A stretch of DNA of 64,000 nucleotides from Schizochytrium sp. TIO01. Its lineage: Eukaryota > Protista > Bigyra: Labyrinthulomycetes. The position numbers were made by a program, and so were the translations under genes. The notes below the pieces were generated by a model that did no database searches, was not told where the DNA came from, and was given only the letters and a program-made list of their open reading frames with translations. How positions within the stretch are numbered: the stretch's first letter is position 1; the number at the start of each line of letters is the position of its first letter. Shown here piece after piece: positions 63,316 to 64,000 of the stretch. The DNA lies in contig SMSO01000034.1 of assembly GCA_004764695.1 (NCBI GenBank), positions 4,030,001 to 4,094,000 of the forward strand. Reading direction: 5' to 3'.

Positions 63316-64000
63316 GCCCATAAGCAAAAAACTCTTGTATCACCCACGTTCTCCAGCACCATAACTCTCTTCTGCTCCCGCCTTCACATGTATTTTTGCT
63401 CGATAAGTTTGGGGTTCGTCTCTGCAAAGTTAACTCAGAAACAAACCACCTTTTCTCTTTCCAAATCATTTATAAACCCAACTATTTCGTCTGTCTTACA
63501 GTATACACTTGCAACTATTTTACACATTCATTTTTAATATCTATACTCGAAAAAAGGGTGACGGGAATAACTCTGCAAGCCTAATATCTAAACCTTTTCA
63601 GTATATCAAAATAGAAACATCGAGCGTCAGACTTCAACTTTTTAATATCTGACACAGATACACAGCTGTTAAACTCAAAACAGATCAAGCTATGCTCCAA
63701 CCCTTACAAAATAAGGAAGGATCCTCAAGATATAAAATCGGGAATAGATGAATAAAATGTGATATGCAGTAGTAAATTACAGTAACAATTTGTAAGACAG
63801 GGGGAGAACAGAAACAATCACCATACTTAGAGGACATGTTAACGGAATGGAGTGCAGTGATTGTTCGGAAGGATCAAAGTTAGAACAACGATCGATAAAA
63901 AGCAAAAGATTAACGAAGCAGCTGGTTGTTTAAGAGAGCAAAGCCAATTTGTGTATGTGATGGTATGACTTCACCTCGGGGTTAAACAACGCTTAGACCT

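Noticed and set aside
1-64000. CRISPR arrays, rRNA, tRNA or intact transposase/RT genes
   Set aside because: None was recognisable by eye. All tandem repeats are simple and lack unique spacers. A tRNAscan/Infernal run would be needed to exclude small RNAs.

Overview
Eukaryotic genomic window, microsatellite-rich and intron-poor. By composition and gene content it resembles a thraustochytrid/labyrinthulomycete stramenopile (inference, not verified). Eight credible protein genes: a GT32 (A4GALT-like) glycosyltransferase, a coiled-coil/GYF-domain protein with one clear intron, EMC4, two divergent paralogous signal-peptide + EGF-like + 7TM receptor-like genes, an MKS1-like B9 ciliary protein, an SCP/CTDSP-type phosphatase, and DPH2. 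About 32 kb (25.6-57.9 kb) holds no recognisable intact gene and is filled with microsatellites, a MITE-like inverted repeat and apparent decayed gene fragments. Main observation: two unrelated genes, the glycosyltransferase (- strand) and MKS1 (+ strand), are each interrupted by an in-frame GGA-TGA, and the protein plausibly continues in the +1 frame. This is a candidate stop-codon-associated +1 programmed ribosomal frameshift. Assembly indels or cryptic introns are not excluded.
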